A stretch of DNA of 64,000 nt from a virus. Its lineage: Duplodnaviria; Caudoviricetes. The notes under the pieces are model-generated. The model had not been told where the DNA came from and did not search any database. It worked only from the letters and a program-made list of their open reading frames with translations. A program made the translations under genes and the position numbers. This document shows, piece after piece, positions 20,082-29,730 of this stretch. Position 1 is the first letter of the stretch; the number at the start of each line of letters is the position of its first letter. The stretch spans positions 22,938 through 86,937 of the IMG/VR virus record IMGVR_UViG_3300041986_000079; one strand, 5' to 3'.

Positions 20082-23000
20082 ATGTCTTGTAGTATAATTA
20101 GAAACAAAGAAGGTGAAGTAAGTAAGGTGTTGGCTCCTAATGGTAAGGAGTCAATACTTTATGATGGTATAGTTGAACAAACAGGTAATCCAGAAGAGTC
20201 TGTTGGTATATGGGCTTTAGCTTATACAGATGCGTTCAAAGAAAACTTTGGTGATTGGGAAACTCCAAATAATCCAGATGTTATTACACAACTAGATACT
20301 AATGGTGAGCCATCCGTTCATGATGTGCTTTCATATAGTTTACTTCCTGAAGAAGAGATAGATGAACAAGAAGAAGTTGATCAAGTAGAAGCAGAAGAAG
20401 AAACACAATCTCCTGATAAGCAACTAAATGAGAAGATCTTAAAGTTTTTATCAAAGATTGGTGTATCCTATAATGCAGTTAATCGAATCACAGATGCTTC
20501 CGGACAATCAATATCAGCAATTGCAAAAGCAGATATGCTTAATAAGATCATTGAGGTTGTTGAAAACAGAGCAGATGCTACAACTCTTCCTGAAGAAGCA
20601 GCTCACTTCTTTGTTGAGATGTTAGGTGAGAATCATCCTTTATATAAAGAGATGTTTAATCAGATCACATCATACAGATTATACTCTGAAGTAGTTGAGC
20701 AATACAAAAATAATCCTGAGTATCGAACAGCTGAAGGAAGAATCAACTTTGATAAGCTAAAGAAAGAAGCTATTGGTAAACTTATTGCACAGCACATTAT
20801 ATCTGACAGTATAAGTAAGCCGACAACAACTGAAGAGCTTGATAAGAACTTAGGGTTTTTATATAAGTGGTGGAGTAAAGTCCTTGCTTTTGTTCAGTCT
20901 GTCTTTAATAAAGCAGAAGGACAAAATCCTTTTGCTACTGTTGCAACACAGATTAAAGAAGCAGATGTATCTGAACTTGATCAAAATAAACAACTTGAAG
21001 GAGTTTATTACCAACAAGGTGAAGGATATGATCTTTTACTTCAACATCAAAATGATATTACTCTTGATGCTAGTATTAATGAAACGACAGGTCAAAAACG
21101 TCACGATTATTACATAGCTGGTAAGCGTATTGCACGAACAGTAACTACAACTAAGGTAGATGCTTATTATAAGAAGTTATTCAAGCATGATAATAGAAGC
21201 TCTGCTCAGAAAGAAATAGATTTATTAAAAGCTGAGTATGGTGATATTATCCATGAGGTTATCGATGAAATAGTTAAGAGCTATGTTGATCCAATAACTC
21301 ATGAGATTAGAGAAGAGCGTACACCAGTAAAACATCCTATTGTTGAGATTGAAGAGTACCAAGAAATACTTAGCAAGCTTGAAGATTTTATTAAGCCGTT
21401 ATTAGGAAGCTATCCTACTGGTACAAAGATTCTAACAGAGGTACGTATCTATGATGCAAAACAAGATATGGCAGGTAGTATTGACTTTTTAGCAATACGT
21501 CCTGACGGTACTGCAGATATCTATGATTGGAAGAGTCAAGAGATTTCAAAGAACCAAGAAGATCTTAAACCTTGGAAAGCAGAAGCATATCGTATACAAT
21601 TAGGTGAGTACAAGCGTATCCTAAAAGAGCAATATGGTATTAGAAAGTTTGATAAAGTAAGAGCTATTCCTATCAGAACAGATTTTTACTGGACTAAAAC
21701 AAAAGACGGTGAGTATAGTATTGACGCATTAAAAGATGTTGAGATAGGTAACTACAACTCAACTCTTATCAGTGAAGATCAGTCTTATTTATTACCAGTG
21801 TTACTAGACGAAGAGACAGGTTTTAAGAATATTGATGAGTTAATTAAAAAGTTACAAGGTATTCACGATCGTATTGAGAAGAAACGTGTTAGAGGATCTG
21901 AGGTATACATTAAGAATGAAGAGTTAAAAGCTTACAAGCTTGCAATCCGTGACTTACAATTACGTCAGTCATTAGGTAGATTTATTGATCTAGGTTTCTT
22001 AGAGATTGATCGTTACAACTACTTAGTAAAAGAAGGTCGTTTAAAGTCTAAAGACATTATAAAAGCAAAAGAAGTTCTTGAAGTATTTGCATCAACATCA
22101 GGTATACTAAAAACTACTTTTGATGAGATGCTTAATGAGATGAAAGAACAAGGTGATGAAGAAGGATTAGCTTTAGCATTAGAGCTAGAACAGTCTTATA
22201 ACAACATGACTGTTGCTGCTAATAGTACTTTGAAAGATATTGAGGAAGAGATGAAACAAATCGCTACTCAATTAGCAGAGCGTAATGGTATCAACAATCT
22301 ATTAACTGCAGAAAAGAAAGTAGGCTTCTTTGCTGGTATGTTTAACTCAATGAGTACTCAACCAACAAAGGCAGTAAAAACTTTCTATAAGTTGATCAGA
22401 GAGGCACAAAGTAACAGAGACGTTAAGTTTGACCTTATGAGCACAAAGATGATTGCTCTAAGAGAAGGCATGATGAAGTGGGGAGCCTCAAAAGGTTTAA
22501 CAGGTGAGAAGTTGTTTAACATTATGTTAGGTTTTGATGATAAGGGTAAATGGAATGGTAAGTTTCTTGCTCGCTATGAGTCAAAATATTATACAGATAA
22601 AGAACAAGCAACTCGTAATAGAGATAAGAAGTGGTTTGAAGAGAATACAATCTTTGATCAAACAGCTTATGAAGAAGAAAAAGCACGTAAGAAAAAATAC
22701 TATGATGAGTTAGTTGTTGATTCAGATCCTGAAGTTAATGCAGAGAAGACAAAGGCTATGTATGAGCGTTGGATTACTAATCATAGTGCAAAGTTTGAAG
22801 GATATTTTAATCTTAAGAGCAAGTTTGTAAAGCCAAAAGAAAAGTGGGAGACCACAAGATGGAAAGAACTAACTGCCGTTGGTAATGAGCCAGCATATGA
22901 AACCTATAAGTTCTTTAGAAGCTTAGTATCAAAAGCAGAAGACATTGGTATGCTAGATGAGTTTAGCCCTAACTTTATACCAAATATGTATAAAGGCAAG

Positions 23001-24902
23001 CTAGATCAGATTACTTTTGGTAACTTCAAAAACATCTTTTCAAATGCTGGTTTCTTTGAGAATCTAGCAGTTGATAGTGGTTCAGAGTATTTTCCTGATA
23101 CAGATCCTGTGTCTGGTGAAGTACTTAACCGTGTACCAGTATTCTATACAGGAGACATTGGTAAGATAAACGAAGATGGATCAAAAGATTATACAAACAA
23201 ATCAGTAGACTTATTTAAAGTCTTTGGTATCTGGGGAGCTCATATGTATTCTTATGAAGCAATGCAGTCAATCGAAGATGACGCATTAGTATTGGCTGTT
23301 GTTGAGCGTACTAAAGATAGTTTACTAACAAACATGTTCAACGAGGTTAAGCGTCAAGCAAACGGTCAGATTACTACAATAAAAGGTAATGAGCGTAATG
23401 CCGATATCTTAGATGACTTCATGAACTACTATCTATACAATAAGCGTACAGGTGAGCAGTATGATGTTAAGATAAAACTTTTTGGTAAAACTATATCTTT
23501 AACAAAGACTCTTGAGTTCATTTTAGGTTTCTTTAGCTTAAAGACATTAGCATTAAACCCTTTATCAGCATCAGCTCAGTTTGTTGGTGGTACAGGTAAC
23601 GCATTCTTACTAGCATCAAAGAAAGTACTATTTAATACTACTGACTGGACTTCTGCTATGTATAGTCTATCAAAGATGGATAAGAAGTCATATGCTTTAC
23701 TAGATCACTTTAACTTATTACTTGAAGATACAAAGCGTAATAAGCTTGATAAGTTATCTGTATCTAAAGTAATGGCTAATGTTACAGTTGATAAAATGTA
23801 TTTCATGCAGCGTATTGCAGATAAAGGTGTTCAGCATCCTATCGGTATTGTAATGATGAAAAACTACATGCTTGATGAAACAGGTAAGCTTGTTAATATC
23901 ATGCAGTATGTGAAGAGTCAATACGACTATGCAAACTTCTATACAACATATGCAACTGAAGCAGAGCGTAAAGCAGTTGAGAAAGAGATCGATGAAAAAG
24001 TAGGTAAGTTAAAAGAAACAAAAAGTATTTATGCTACTGCTGAAATCAAAGATGATACTTTGGTAACACCAGGATTAGAGCCAGGAACAAAAGCTGCTGA
24101 AGAGTTTAGAGCTGCTGTAAAGAAAGCAACTAAGATTATTCTTGGTAACAGTACATCAGATGATATTAACTTGATTAGAACTACTTCCTTAGGAATGGCT
24201 CTAATGCAGTTCCGTTCATGGATTCCTCAGATGTTTAAAGAACGCTTTGGTGAATTATATAAAGACGATGATTTAGATATCTACCAACAAGGTAAAGTAT
24301 CTCTTCTTATCACTGAGTTGTTTTCAAAACGTATTGGTCAGCTTGTTAAAGGATTTATTCCTTTTGCTGGTAACCAAAGTATGATTGATGCTGCAAGAGT
24401 AAGATATCAAGAAGAGAGAGCACAAGCTTTTGAACTAGGTCAAGAGTTTGATATTACTGAAGGTGAGTATGTTGATATGTATCTTGGTAATGTTAGAAGC
24501 GCAATGAGAGAGATCATGATTGTTCTAGCATTTATGGCTTTATTGTATGCAGTAAAACCTGGTGATGATGATGATGAAGAATATAAAGGTATGCGTAAGT
24601 ATTTAGCAAGAGCAATGTCTAAGTACTATAACGAGTTTGCATTCTATTATAACCCGCTTGAGTTTACAAACTTGATCAATGCACCATTCCCAGTAGTAAA
24701 CCTTGGTATTGATGTTATGAACTTATTCAAGCATACATTAGAGCAAGCTTATGGTGGAGCAACTGGTAATGTTGAGTATCAAGATGATGCAAAGCCGTTA
24801 AAGTACTTAGGTAAGATTATGCCTATCACAAAAGAACTCTTAATGATGGGTGCCATCTTTGATGATGACTTCAGAAAAGAGTGGGATATCAGAATACAGT
24901 AA
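20082..24902 (+). CDS. large polyvalent virion protein with PD-(D/E)XK nuclease-like domain (1606 aa)
   Basis: N-terminal 'AFKENFGDWE...NGEP' polyvalent-protein motif and zincin-like 'LPEEAAHFF'. Nuclease motif AGSIDFLAIRPDGTADIYDWKS...YRIQLGEY (21468-21536+). Hydrophobic segment IMIVLAFMALLYAV near the C-terminus. Confidence 0.7.
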   Translation: MSCSIIRNKEGEVSKVLAPNGKESILYDGIVEQTGNPEESVGIWALAYTDAFKENFGDWETPNNPDVITQLDTNGEPSVHDVLSYSLLPEEEIDEQEEVDQVEAEEETQSPDKQLNEKILKFLSKIGVSYNAVNRITDASGQSISAIAKADMLNKIIEVVENRADATTLPEEAAHFFVEMLGENHPLYKEMFNQITSYRLYSEVVEQYKNNPEYRTAEGRINFDKLKKEAIGKLIAQHIISDSISKPTTTEELDKNLGFLYKWWSKVLAFVQSVFNKAEGQNPFATVATQIKEADVSELDQNKQLEGVYYQQGEGYDLLLQHQNDITLDASINETTGQKRHDYYIAGKRIARTVTTTKVDAYYKKLFKHDNRSSAQKEIDLLKAEYGDIIHEVIDEIVKSYVDPITHEIREERTPVKHPIVEIEEYQEILSKLEDFIKPLLGSYPTGTKILTEVRIYDAKQDMAGSIDFLAIRPDGTADIYDWKSQEISKNQEDLKPWKAEAYRIQLGEYKRILKEQYGIRKFDKVRAIPIRTDFYWTKTKDGEYSIDALKDVEIGNYNSTLISEDQSYLLPVLLDEETGFKNIDELIKKLQGIHDRIEKKRVRGSEVYIKNEELKAYKLAIRDLQLRQSLGRFIDLGFLEIDRYNYLVKEGRLKSKDIIKAKEVLEVFASTSGILKTTFDEMLNEMKEQGDEEGLALALELEQSYNNMTVAANSTLKDIEEEMKQIATQLAERNGINNLLTAEKKVGFFAGMFNSMSTQPTKAVKTFYKLIREAQSNRDVKFDLMSTKMIALREGMMKWGASKGLTGEKLFNIMLGFDDKGKWNGKFLARYESKYYTDKEQATRNRDKKWFEENTIFDQTAYEEEKARKKKYYDELVVDSDPEVNAEKTKAMYERWITNHSAKFEGYFNLKSKFVKPKEKWETTRWKELTAVGNEPAYETYKFFRSLVSKAEDIGMLDEFSPNFIPNMYKGKLDQITFGNFKNIFSNAGFFENLAVDSGSEYFPDTDPVSGEVLNRVPVFYTGDIGKINEDGSKDYTNKSVDLFKVFGIWGAHMYSYEAMQSIEDDALVLAVVERTKDSLLTNMFNEVKRQANGQITTIKGNERNADILDDFMNYYLYNKRTGEQYDVKIKLFGKTISLTKTLEFILGFFSLKTLALNPLSASAQFVGGTGNAFLLASKKVLFNTTDWTSAMYSLSKMDKKSYALLDHFNLLLEDTKRNKLDKLSVSKVMANVTVDKMYFMQRIADKGVQHPIGIVMMKNYMLDETGKLVNIMQYVKSQYDYANFYTTYATEAERKAVEKEIDEKVGKLKETKSIYATAEIKDDTLVTPGLEPGTKAAEEFRAAVKKATKIILGNSTSDDINLIRTTSLGMALMQFRSWIPQMFKERFGELYKDDDLDIYQQGKVSLLITELFSKRIGQLVKGFIPFAGNQSMIDAARVRYQEERAQAFELGQEFDITEGEYVDMYLGNVRSAMREIMIVLAFMALLYAVKPGDDDDEEYKGMRKYLARAMSKYYNEFAFYYNPLEFTNLINAPFPVVNLGIDVMNLFKHTLEQAYGGATGNVEYQDDAKPLKYLGKIMPITKELLMMGAIFDDDFRKEWDIRIQ

Positions 24903-24938
24903 AAGAAAAAGGGGGATTAAATGTCCCCCTCTTCTTTT
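24901..24938. terminator. bidirectional rho-independent terminator
   Basis: AAAAGAAAAA-GGGGGA-ttaaatg-TCCCCC-TCTTCTTTT, exactly at the convergence of the + and - blocks. Confidence 0.8.
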
Positions 24939-25132
24939 GGTATTGGTTTTGAGTAATGTGTTAGTACTAAGTGTATAAGACCAAGTCCTATTACTACTTC
25001 TGTCATATTTCTTGTATCCGTTGGACCTGTAACAGATGCGTCACCACTAACAGTTTCAACACGAACAACTCTATGCATTATACCTAGTACAGATCTATAC
25101 TGAGGTAGTACTTCAAAACTTATTTCAAACAT
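24917..25132 (-). CDS. hypothetical protein (71 aa)
   Basis: ATG with A-rich upstream region, last gene of the - block, ends inside the terminator hairpin. Confidence 0.5.
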   Translation of the reverse strand: MFEISFEVLPQYRSVLGIMHRVVRVETVSGDASVTGPTDTRNMTEVVIGLGLIHLVLTHYSKPIPKEEGDI

Positions 25133-25150
25133 GGCTTGTTAGTTTAAGTG

Positions 25151-25191
25151 AAAAAAAATGCTGCCTTTCTCCGTTTGGAAGGTAGGCAGCA
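25151..25191 (-). terminator. rho-independent terminator
   Basis: TGCTGCCT(25159-66)/AGGCAGCA(25184-91) stem followed on the - strand by T8. Confidence 0.75.
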
Positions 25192-25221
25192 ACCGAACTA
25201 CACAATAACATACAAGTGATA

Positions 25222-25229
25222 CAAAGATA
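25222..25229 (-). promoter_or_regulatory. Bacteroidota-type -7 element TATCTTTG
   Basis: Matches the TAnnTTTG consensus in an intergenic position. No clear -33 TTTG at the canonical spacing. Confidence 0.4.
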
Positions 25230-25234
25230 ACTAA

Positions 25235-25951
25235 TTATAGTATATCTCCTAGCTGCATCTTAACTTTTTCTATTAGATCTTCTATAGATCCGTTGTTCTC
25301 TATAACAACATCAAAGTCCCAGTCATCAAGAGCAGTCTCGCTAGGGTGAGTACCTTTCTGTTCCTCTGGTCTAGTTACTTTAACTATTATCCCCCCTTTG
25401 CTTTTTATAGCTTGTGCTTCATTAGGGAAACGAGTATCAGTAATAAGCCATTGAGAGCAATCAAATCCGCTTGGAGAATGATCAGAGTGAGTACACTCAT
25501 AGTCAGCAAACAAGGCGTTTACCCATACATTCTCATGTAAACAATCTCTCATACACTCAGTACCTACTTTTTGCAAGAGTTCTCTTACTGTTAAAGGTAC
25601 TTCATAAGTTTCATTGCCTGTCATCCACGGAGCATTACTATTATAAAGTCTTGTCTGATTCCACTCAGGACCTAACTCAGTTTTCTTAAACTCCTGGTCT
25701 TCAAAGTCATGTACACTAATACCGGTAAGTAAACTAGCTACTTCCTTTAGTTTACCAGCAAACTTCTTTATCTCCCAAGGAGAGTAATAGTAAAAGCCAA
25801 AGACATCTGGATTACTATGTCCTCTAAGAAACTCTTCATATGTTCTGCTTCTTCCATGGTAAGCTTCAGATGTTAGATACTGAATAATACTACCAACTGT
25901 ATCTTTTCCTGATCCGATCTTACCTGAGATGCCAATTAGATTATGTCTCAT
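25235..25951 (-). CDS. deoxynucleoside monophosphate kinase (T4 gp1-like)
   Basis: P-loop GISGKIGSGKDT, FAGKLKEV, RELLQKVGTECMR, WVNAL, ITDTRFPNE, HPSETALD. Confidence 0.9.
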   Translation of the reverse strand: MRHNLIGISGKIGSGKDTVGSIIQYLTSEAYHGRSRTYEEFLRGHSNPDVFGFYYYSPWEIKKFAGKLKEVASLLTGISVHDFEDQEFKKTELGPEWNQTRLYNSNAPWMTGNETYEVPLTVRELLQKVGTECMRDCLHENVWVNALFADYECTHSDHSPSGFDCSQWLITDTRFPNEAQAIKSKGGIIVKVTRPEEQKGTHPSETALDDWDFDVVIENNGSIEDLIEKVKMQLGDIL

Positions 25952-26391
25952 TCTTCAGTTACTTTAAAAGGTACTCTTCCAAGATAACAGTCTTGAGTAA
26001 GCCCAAGATGTTTCTTAAAACTATTAATACAGCTCTGAATATTATTAGACCCTACAGGATTATGACTATGAACAGCACACGTCTTTGGTACTACATTATT
26101 ATCCATGCAGTATTCTGTTAACCACATAGCACAGTGTAGACCAGTCTTTTCTTTATACTCATCGTACTTAGGATCTTGGAAACCCTGAGCTAATACTTGA
26201 GCAAAGTAATCGTTTGTATGTTCTTTACCTAAGTCATGATCAAACGATATAAAGTCTGGTATACCATGTTCAGTAATGTACTCAACAAACTGATCATAGT
26301 TTCTTACAACTATCCATGGATGGTATCCAGGTATATTTTCTGTTGGAGTACGTACATCATCAAGATATAAGCATGTCTTTAACTGTATCAT
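25948..26391 (-). CDS. stand-alone cyclic-phosphate-processing receiver (cREC-like) domain protein
   Basis: LYLDDVRTP, ISFDHDLG, TGLHCAMWL and VHSHNPVG match the motifs I recall for this receiver-fold family. Confidence 0.75.
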   Translation of the reverse strand: MIQLKTCLYLDDVRTPTENIPGYHPWIVVRNYDQFVEYITEHGIPDFISFDHDLGKEHTNDYFAQVLAQGFQDPKYDEYKEKTGLHCAMWLTEYCMDNNVVPKTCAVHSHNPVGSNNIQSCINSFKKHLGLTQDCYLGRVPFKVTEE

Positions 26392-26888
26392 TGTCCTGTT
26401 GAACCGTGTCCGCCAGTTCCGCGTTCAGTTTCTGATAACTCATCAACAATCATATACTCAACTAATGGTACAGGCATGATAATCAACTGAGCAATACGAT
26501 CACCTACATTGTATATATCATAAGCATATGTTTTCTTAGTATGGAATGGTGTCCATTTTTCAGTATCAGCCATGTCAGTTAATACTGAACGAGTATCTTT
26601 ATCTGATTTATAGTTAAATGTAACCATGATTTCACCACGATAACCACTATCAATTACACCAACAGAATTACTCATAACTAAATCATAGTCACGAACAGAG
26701 GAACGTGGAAAAATAAGTCCTACCATTCCTTCTGGTATTTCAACAGCAATACCAGTACCATATACTACTTGATCAAGATCTCTATCTACATCTATTGACG
26801 TAGCTACAAGATCTGCACCTGCATCACCAGGCTTTCCAAACTTAGGGGCTACTGCATCAGAATGCAGCTTTTTTACTTTTACTTTCAT
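26388..26888 (-). CDS. dut: trimeric dUTPase
   Basis: GDAGADL, PRSS, GVIDSGYRGEI, GDRIAQLI, RGTGGHGSTG. Start moved to MKVKVKKL, which gives an ATGA overlap with the upstream stop. Confidence 0.95.
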   Translation of the reverse strand: MKVKVKKLHSDAVAPKFGKPGDAGADLVATSIDVDRDLDQVVYGTGIAVEIPEGMVGLIFPRSSVRDYDLVMSNSVGVIDSGYRGEIMVTFNYKSDKDTRSVLTDMADTEKWTPFHTKKTYAYDIYNVGDRIAQLIIMPVPLVEYMIVDELSETERGTGGHGSTGQ

Positions 26889-27277
26889 AACGACTGGATT
26901 ATATGTAAACATTTGCTTTTAAAATCATCACTATTAACTTGTATCATTCTTACTCCACACTTATTATAAAGAGCCCTACGAATCTCGTGGTCATTATCGT
27001 CCAAGTGCCAGACAAACTCAGTGTCACATAGATAGGTGTACTTCCATTCCATGTTGGTAAATCTTACCTTCCATCTTGGGATACCTAGTCTTTCAACTAC
27101 TTCCCATAAATCATCTAACGTTGGTGGATAATCCATTGCGTACTTATGCAAGTGATTCTCATCATAACGTGTTGTTACTACCCATACATCAATACCAGCA
27201 TCCAGGAGCTCTTTTGCAAACTCCTGGACTTGTGGTTGACTGAGTGTACCATCAAAATCGATACTTACTTTTGTCAT
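26885..27277 (-). CDS. HAD-superfamily phosphatase/nucleotidase
   Basis: SIDFDGTL (motif I), VVTTR, HLDDN (motif IV). Start moved to MTKVSIDF. Confidence 0.8.
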   Translation of the reverse strand: MTKVSIDFDGTLSQPQVQEFAKELLDAGIDVWVVTTRYDENHLHKYAMDYPPTLDDLWEVVERLGIPRWKVRFTNMEWKYTYLCDTEFVWHLDDNDHEIRRALYNKCGVRMIQVNSDDFKSKCLHIIQSL

Positions 27278-27287
27278 AACTATATTA

Positions 27288-29234
27288 TTAAAAACCGAAT
27301 AGTTCAAGCTGTCCTGTGTTAGACTGCTTTATGTTTGAGATATTCTCTATCTCTTTGTTAATACTATCAATATAAAACTGATAGTTGATGTCATCTGGTG
27401 TTTCAGTGTCATCGTTAATAAGATTCATTTCAGTTAGTAACCATCGATCTGCAAGAACTTGGATAGCTCTACCAGATGCTGGCTCTTTCTTTACAATCTT
27501 AGATCCTTTTGTACTAACATAGTATCTGATGATCTTCTGAAGTCTTTCAAACTTCTCAACACCATCAACAATACTATACTTTTCAAAGAACCACTTACCT
27601 TTTGCTTTTGCTCCACCACAGAAGTCTAAGAAGTTTGTATGATTACGAACATAGTCTTCAGGTTTAACTCCATTAACAAAGTACTCATAGATGCCTTTTG
27701 GTATTACAAGAAAGCTTTTGTTCTTGTGCAACGTTGATGCACTCTTTGAACTTAATGCTTCCCACTCAAAACGACCTTTGCACTTTGGTATCTTACCTTC
27801 TTTCTTATAGATAGCAATGTAGTTGTTTACATCACCAATAATCATCTTCTTATACTCATCATGCTCTAGCCCAAGATTAGTTATCTTTTCCCATTCTGCA
27901 CACACATCCATGTAGGTTTGAACATCCTTTTCAGGAATCATCATCTCAAGACCATCTGTGTTTTGCATTAATGGTTGACAATCAGGTATAGCTTCAGCTA
28001 ACATCTCATACAACATTGATAGTTGTAGCTGACCGTTTACAGTAATCTGCATGGTCATCTGTGGATCATACAAGAAACTATTTTCATCATTACTCAAACC
28101 ATAAGTAGAGTTCAGGATAATCTTGTATACATAGTTCTTTGGATCTGACTTTGGTATCTTCTTTCTTTCTTCAAAGAACCACTCATATAACTCTAAGAAG
28201 TCTTTCTTTGGTAGATGTGCTGGTGCAAAACCGTTTCTAATAGCAAGATTAGGATAGAAAGATGTTACGTCACTTGACATAATAGTCCATCCTGGTTTTG
28301 CTTCATAGATACCTGCTTTTGCAGCACCATGAATACCGCCAAGACCATAGTAACTATTAACTCCTTTATATGTAACCTTATAGTCTAAAGCCCCTTTTGT
28401 TTCCACTACAACCTTGCTTTTAAAGAAGTTAAGTAGATTGTTAAACTCAGGTGTTTTAAAGCTAATATAAGGCAGTATACAGTCTTCTAGTATGATCTGT
28501 TTTCTTGGTGTACGCAACTGTTTTAGTTCTTTCTTATCTATACCTAACTTATTTGTTAAGAAATAGGCAAACAGTTCTTTTGATATGCGTGGCTCAGATG
28601 CAGATAATAAATCAATCTTGTATTCTTTGCTTAAGCTAAGACGTAGATTAATCTGTTCTTTACTTATCTCCATGATATTACGCGTACTCTCAACATCATT
28701 GACGCAATAGTCTAATACCATTCGTTGAGTTTCCTCTGATGTTATAGGATCATTATGATGATGTGGCATCTCAAGTACACTGAACCAATCCATGCTATAC
28801 TGAATCCACTTAAGACTACTCATCTTTGCAGGGTTATCCCAGTGGTTAAGCTTGAATACATCGATCTGCTTGATAGACAACTTGTATGGTGCATAGTCAA
28901 GCATCTCTTTTAACTCTTGCTTATTGATTACTGTCTGAGCATAGCCGTAGATTATACGAGCAATAACTAAAGGTGAGAGACCTTTCCACTCTTGATGATT
29001 CTCAAGAACGTATTGAGTGATCTGACTATCAAAGCCAAGACCATTATATGATATATGATACTCTTGATTTTTAACGTTTTCTTTAAGAAAGTCAACGTAA
29101 GCATCAAAGTCATCTCTGAACTCTGATACTACAAAGTACTTACGCACCTTATCATTCTTGTAATGGATGAATACTGAGATAAAGCAATTACAAATAGTCT
29201 CATAATCCATTACCCAGTGTGCTTTAGTTTTCAT
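27288..29234 (-). CDS. polB: family B DNA polymerase with 3'-5' exonuclease
   Basis: Exo I MDYET, SSDVTSFYPNL (motif A), YKIILNSTYG (motif B), NTDGLE (motif C), DVNNYI, KCKGRF. Confidence 0.95.
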   Translation of the reverse strand: MKTKAHWVMDYETICNCFISVFIHYKNDKVRKYFVVSEFRDDFDAYVDFLKENVKNQEYHISYNGLGFDSQITQYVLENHQEWKGLSPLVIARIIYGYAQTVINKQELKEMLDYAPYKLSIKQIDVFKLNHWDNPAKMSSLKWIQYSMDWFSVLEMPHHHNDPITSEETQRMVLDYCVNDVESTRNIMEISKEQINLRLSLSKEYKIDLLSASEPRISKELFAYFLTNKLGIDKKELKQLRTPRKQIILEDCILPYISFKTPEFNNLLNFFKSKVVVETKGALDYKVTYKGVNSYYGLGGIHGAAKAGIYEAKPGWTIMSSDVTSFYPNLAIRNGFAPAHLPKKDFLELYEWFFEERKKIPKSDPKNYVYKIILNSTYGLSNDENSFLYDPQMTMQITVNGQLQLSMLYEMLAEAIPDCQPLMQNTDGLEMMIPEKDVQTYMDVCAEWEKITNLGLEHDEYKKMIIGDVNNYIAIYKKEGKIPKCKGRFEWEALSSKSASTLHKNKSFLVIPKGIYEYFVNGVKPEDYVRNHTNFLDFCGGAKAKGKWFFEKYSIVDGVEKFERLQKIIRYYVSTKGSKIVKKEPASGRAIQVLADRWLLTEMNLINDDTETPDDINYQFYIDSINKEIENISNIKQSNTGQLELFGF

Positions 29235-29277
29235 TATGCAGTTGTTCAGTTAAGCTGTTCCCCCGTGTATAGTGCAT

Positions 29278-29308
29278 AAAAAATGGGAGAAGCAGAACCT
29301 CTCCCATT
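29278..29308 (-). terminator. rho-independent terminator upstream of polB
   Basis: AATGGGAGA/TCTCCCATT stem with a T-run on the - strand. Confidence 0.7.
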
Positions 29309-29327
29309 AGTACATTTTGGACTTAAA

Positions 29328-29708
29328 CTATTTCTTTACGATCAAATCTGCATAATTAACAGTTACTGGTTGATCTTTGCTACGCATTAAATCAACAAAG
29401 TCTAATATCTCATCTGCATTATCAATATAATACTCATAAGATGATTCCATCAAACGTCTTTCTTCAGCAAAAGGAGTAAACTCTTCTGGATCACCAGCTT
29501 TTCTTTTTACTGGTATAACTTTACCACGATCATCTAACTTAGGTAAGAAGTGATACTTTTGTCTTTTCTCTTTCGAGATAATAGCTAAGATACCTTGAGA
29601 AGCATCATAAATGCATTCTGCATAAGGACACTCAATGTTGATAGGAATCATGCGAAAACTATCAAGTTCTCCCCACTTAGAAGAGATAATAAACATACTA
29701 TGGATCAT
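29328..29708 (-). CDS. hypothetical protein (126 aa)
   Basis: ORF tiles the replication operon; no motif recognised. Confidence 0.6.
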   Translation of the reverse strand: MIHSMFIISSKWGELDSFRMIPINIECPYAECIYDASQGILAIISKEKRQKYHFLPKLDDRGKVIPVKRKAGDPEEFTPFAEERRLMESSYEYYIDNADEILDFVDLMRSKDQPVTVNYADLIVKK

Positions 29709-29730
29709 AATGTTGGTTGGTTTTTACAAA

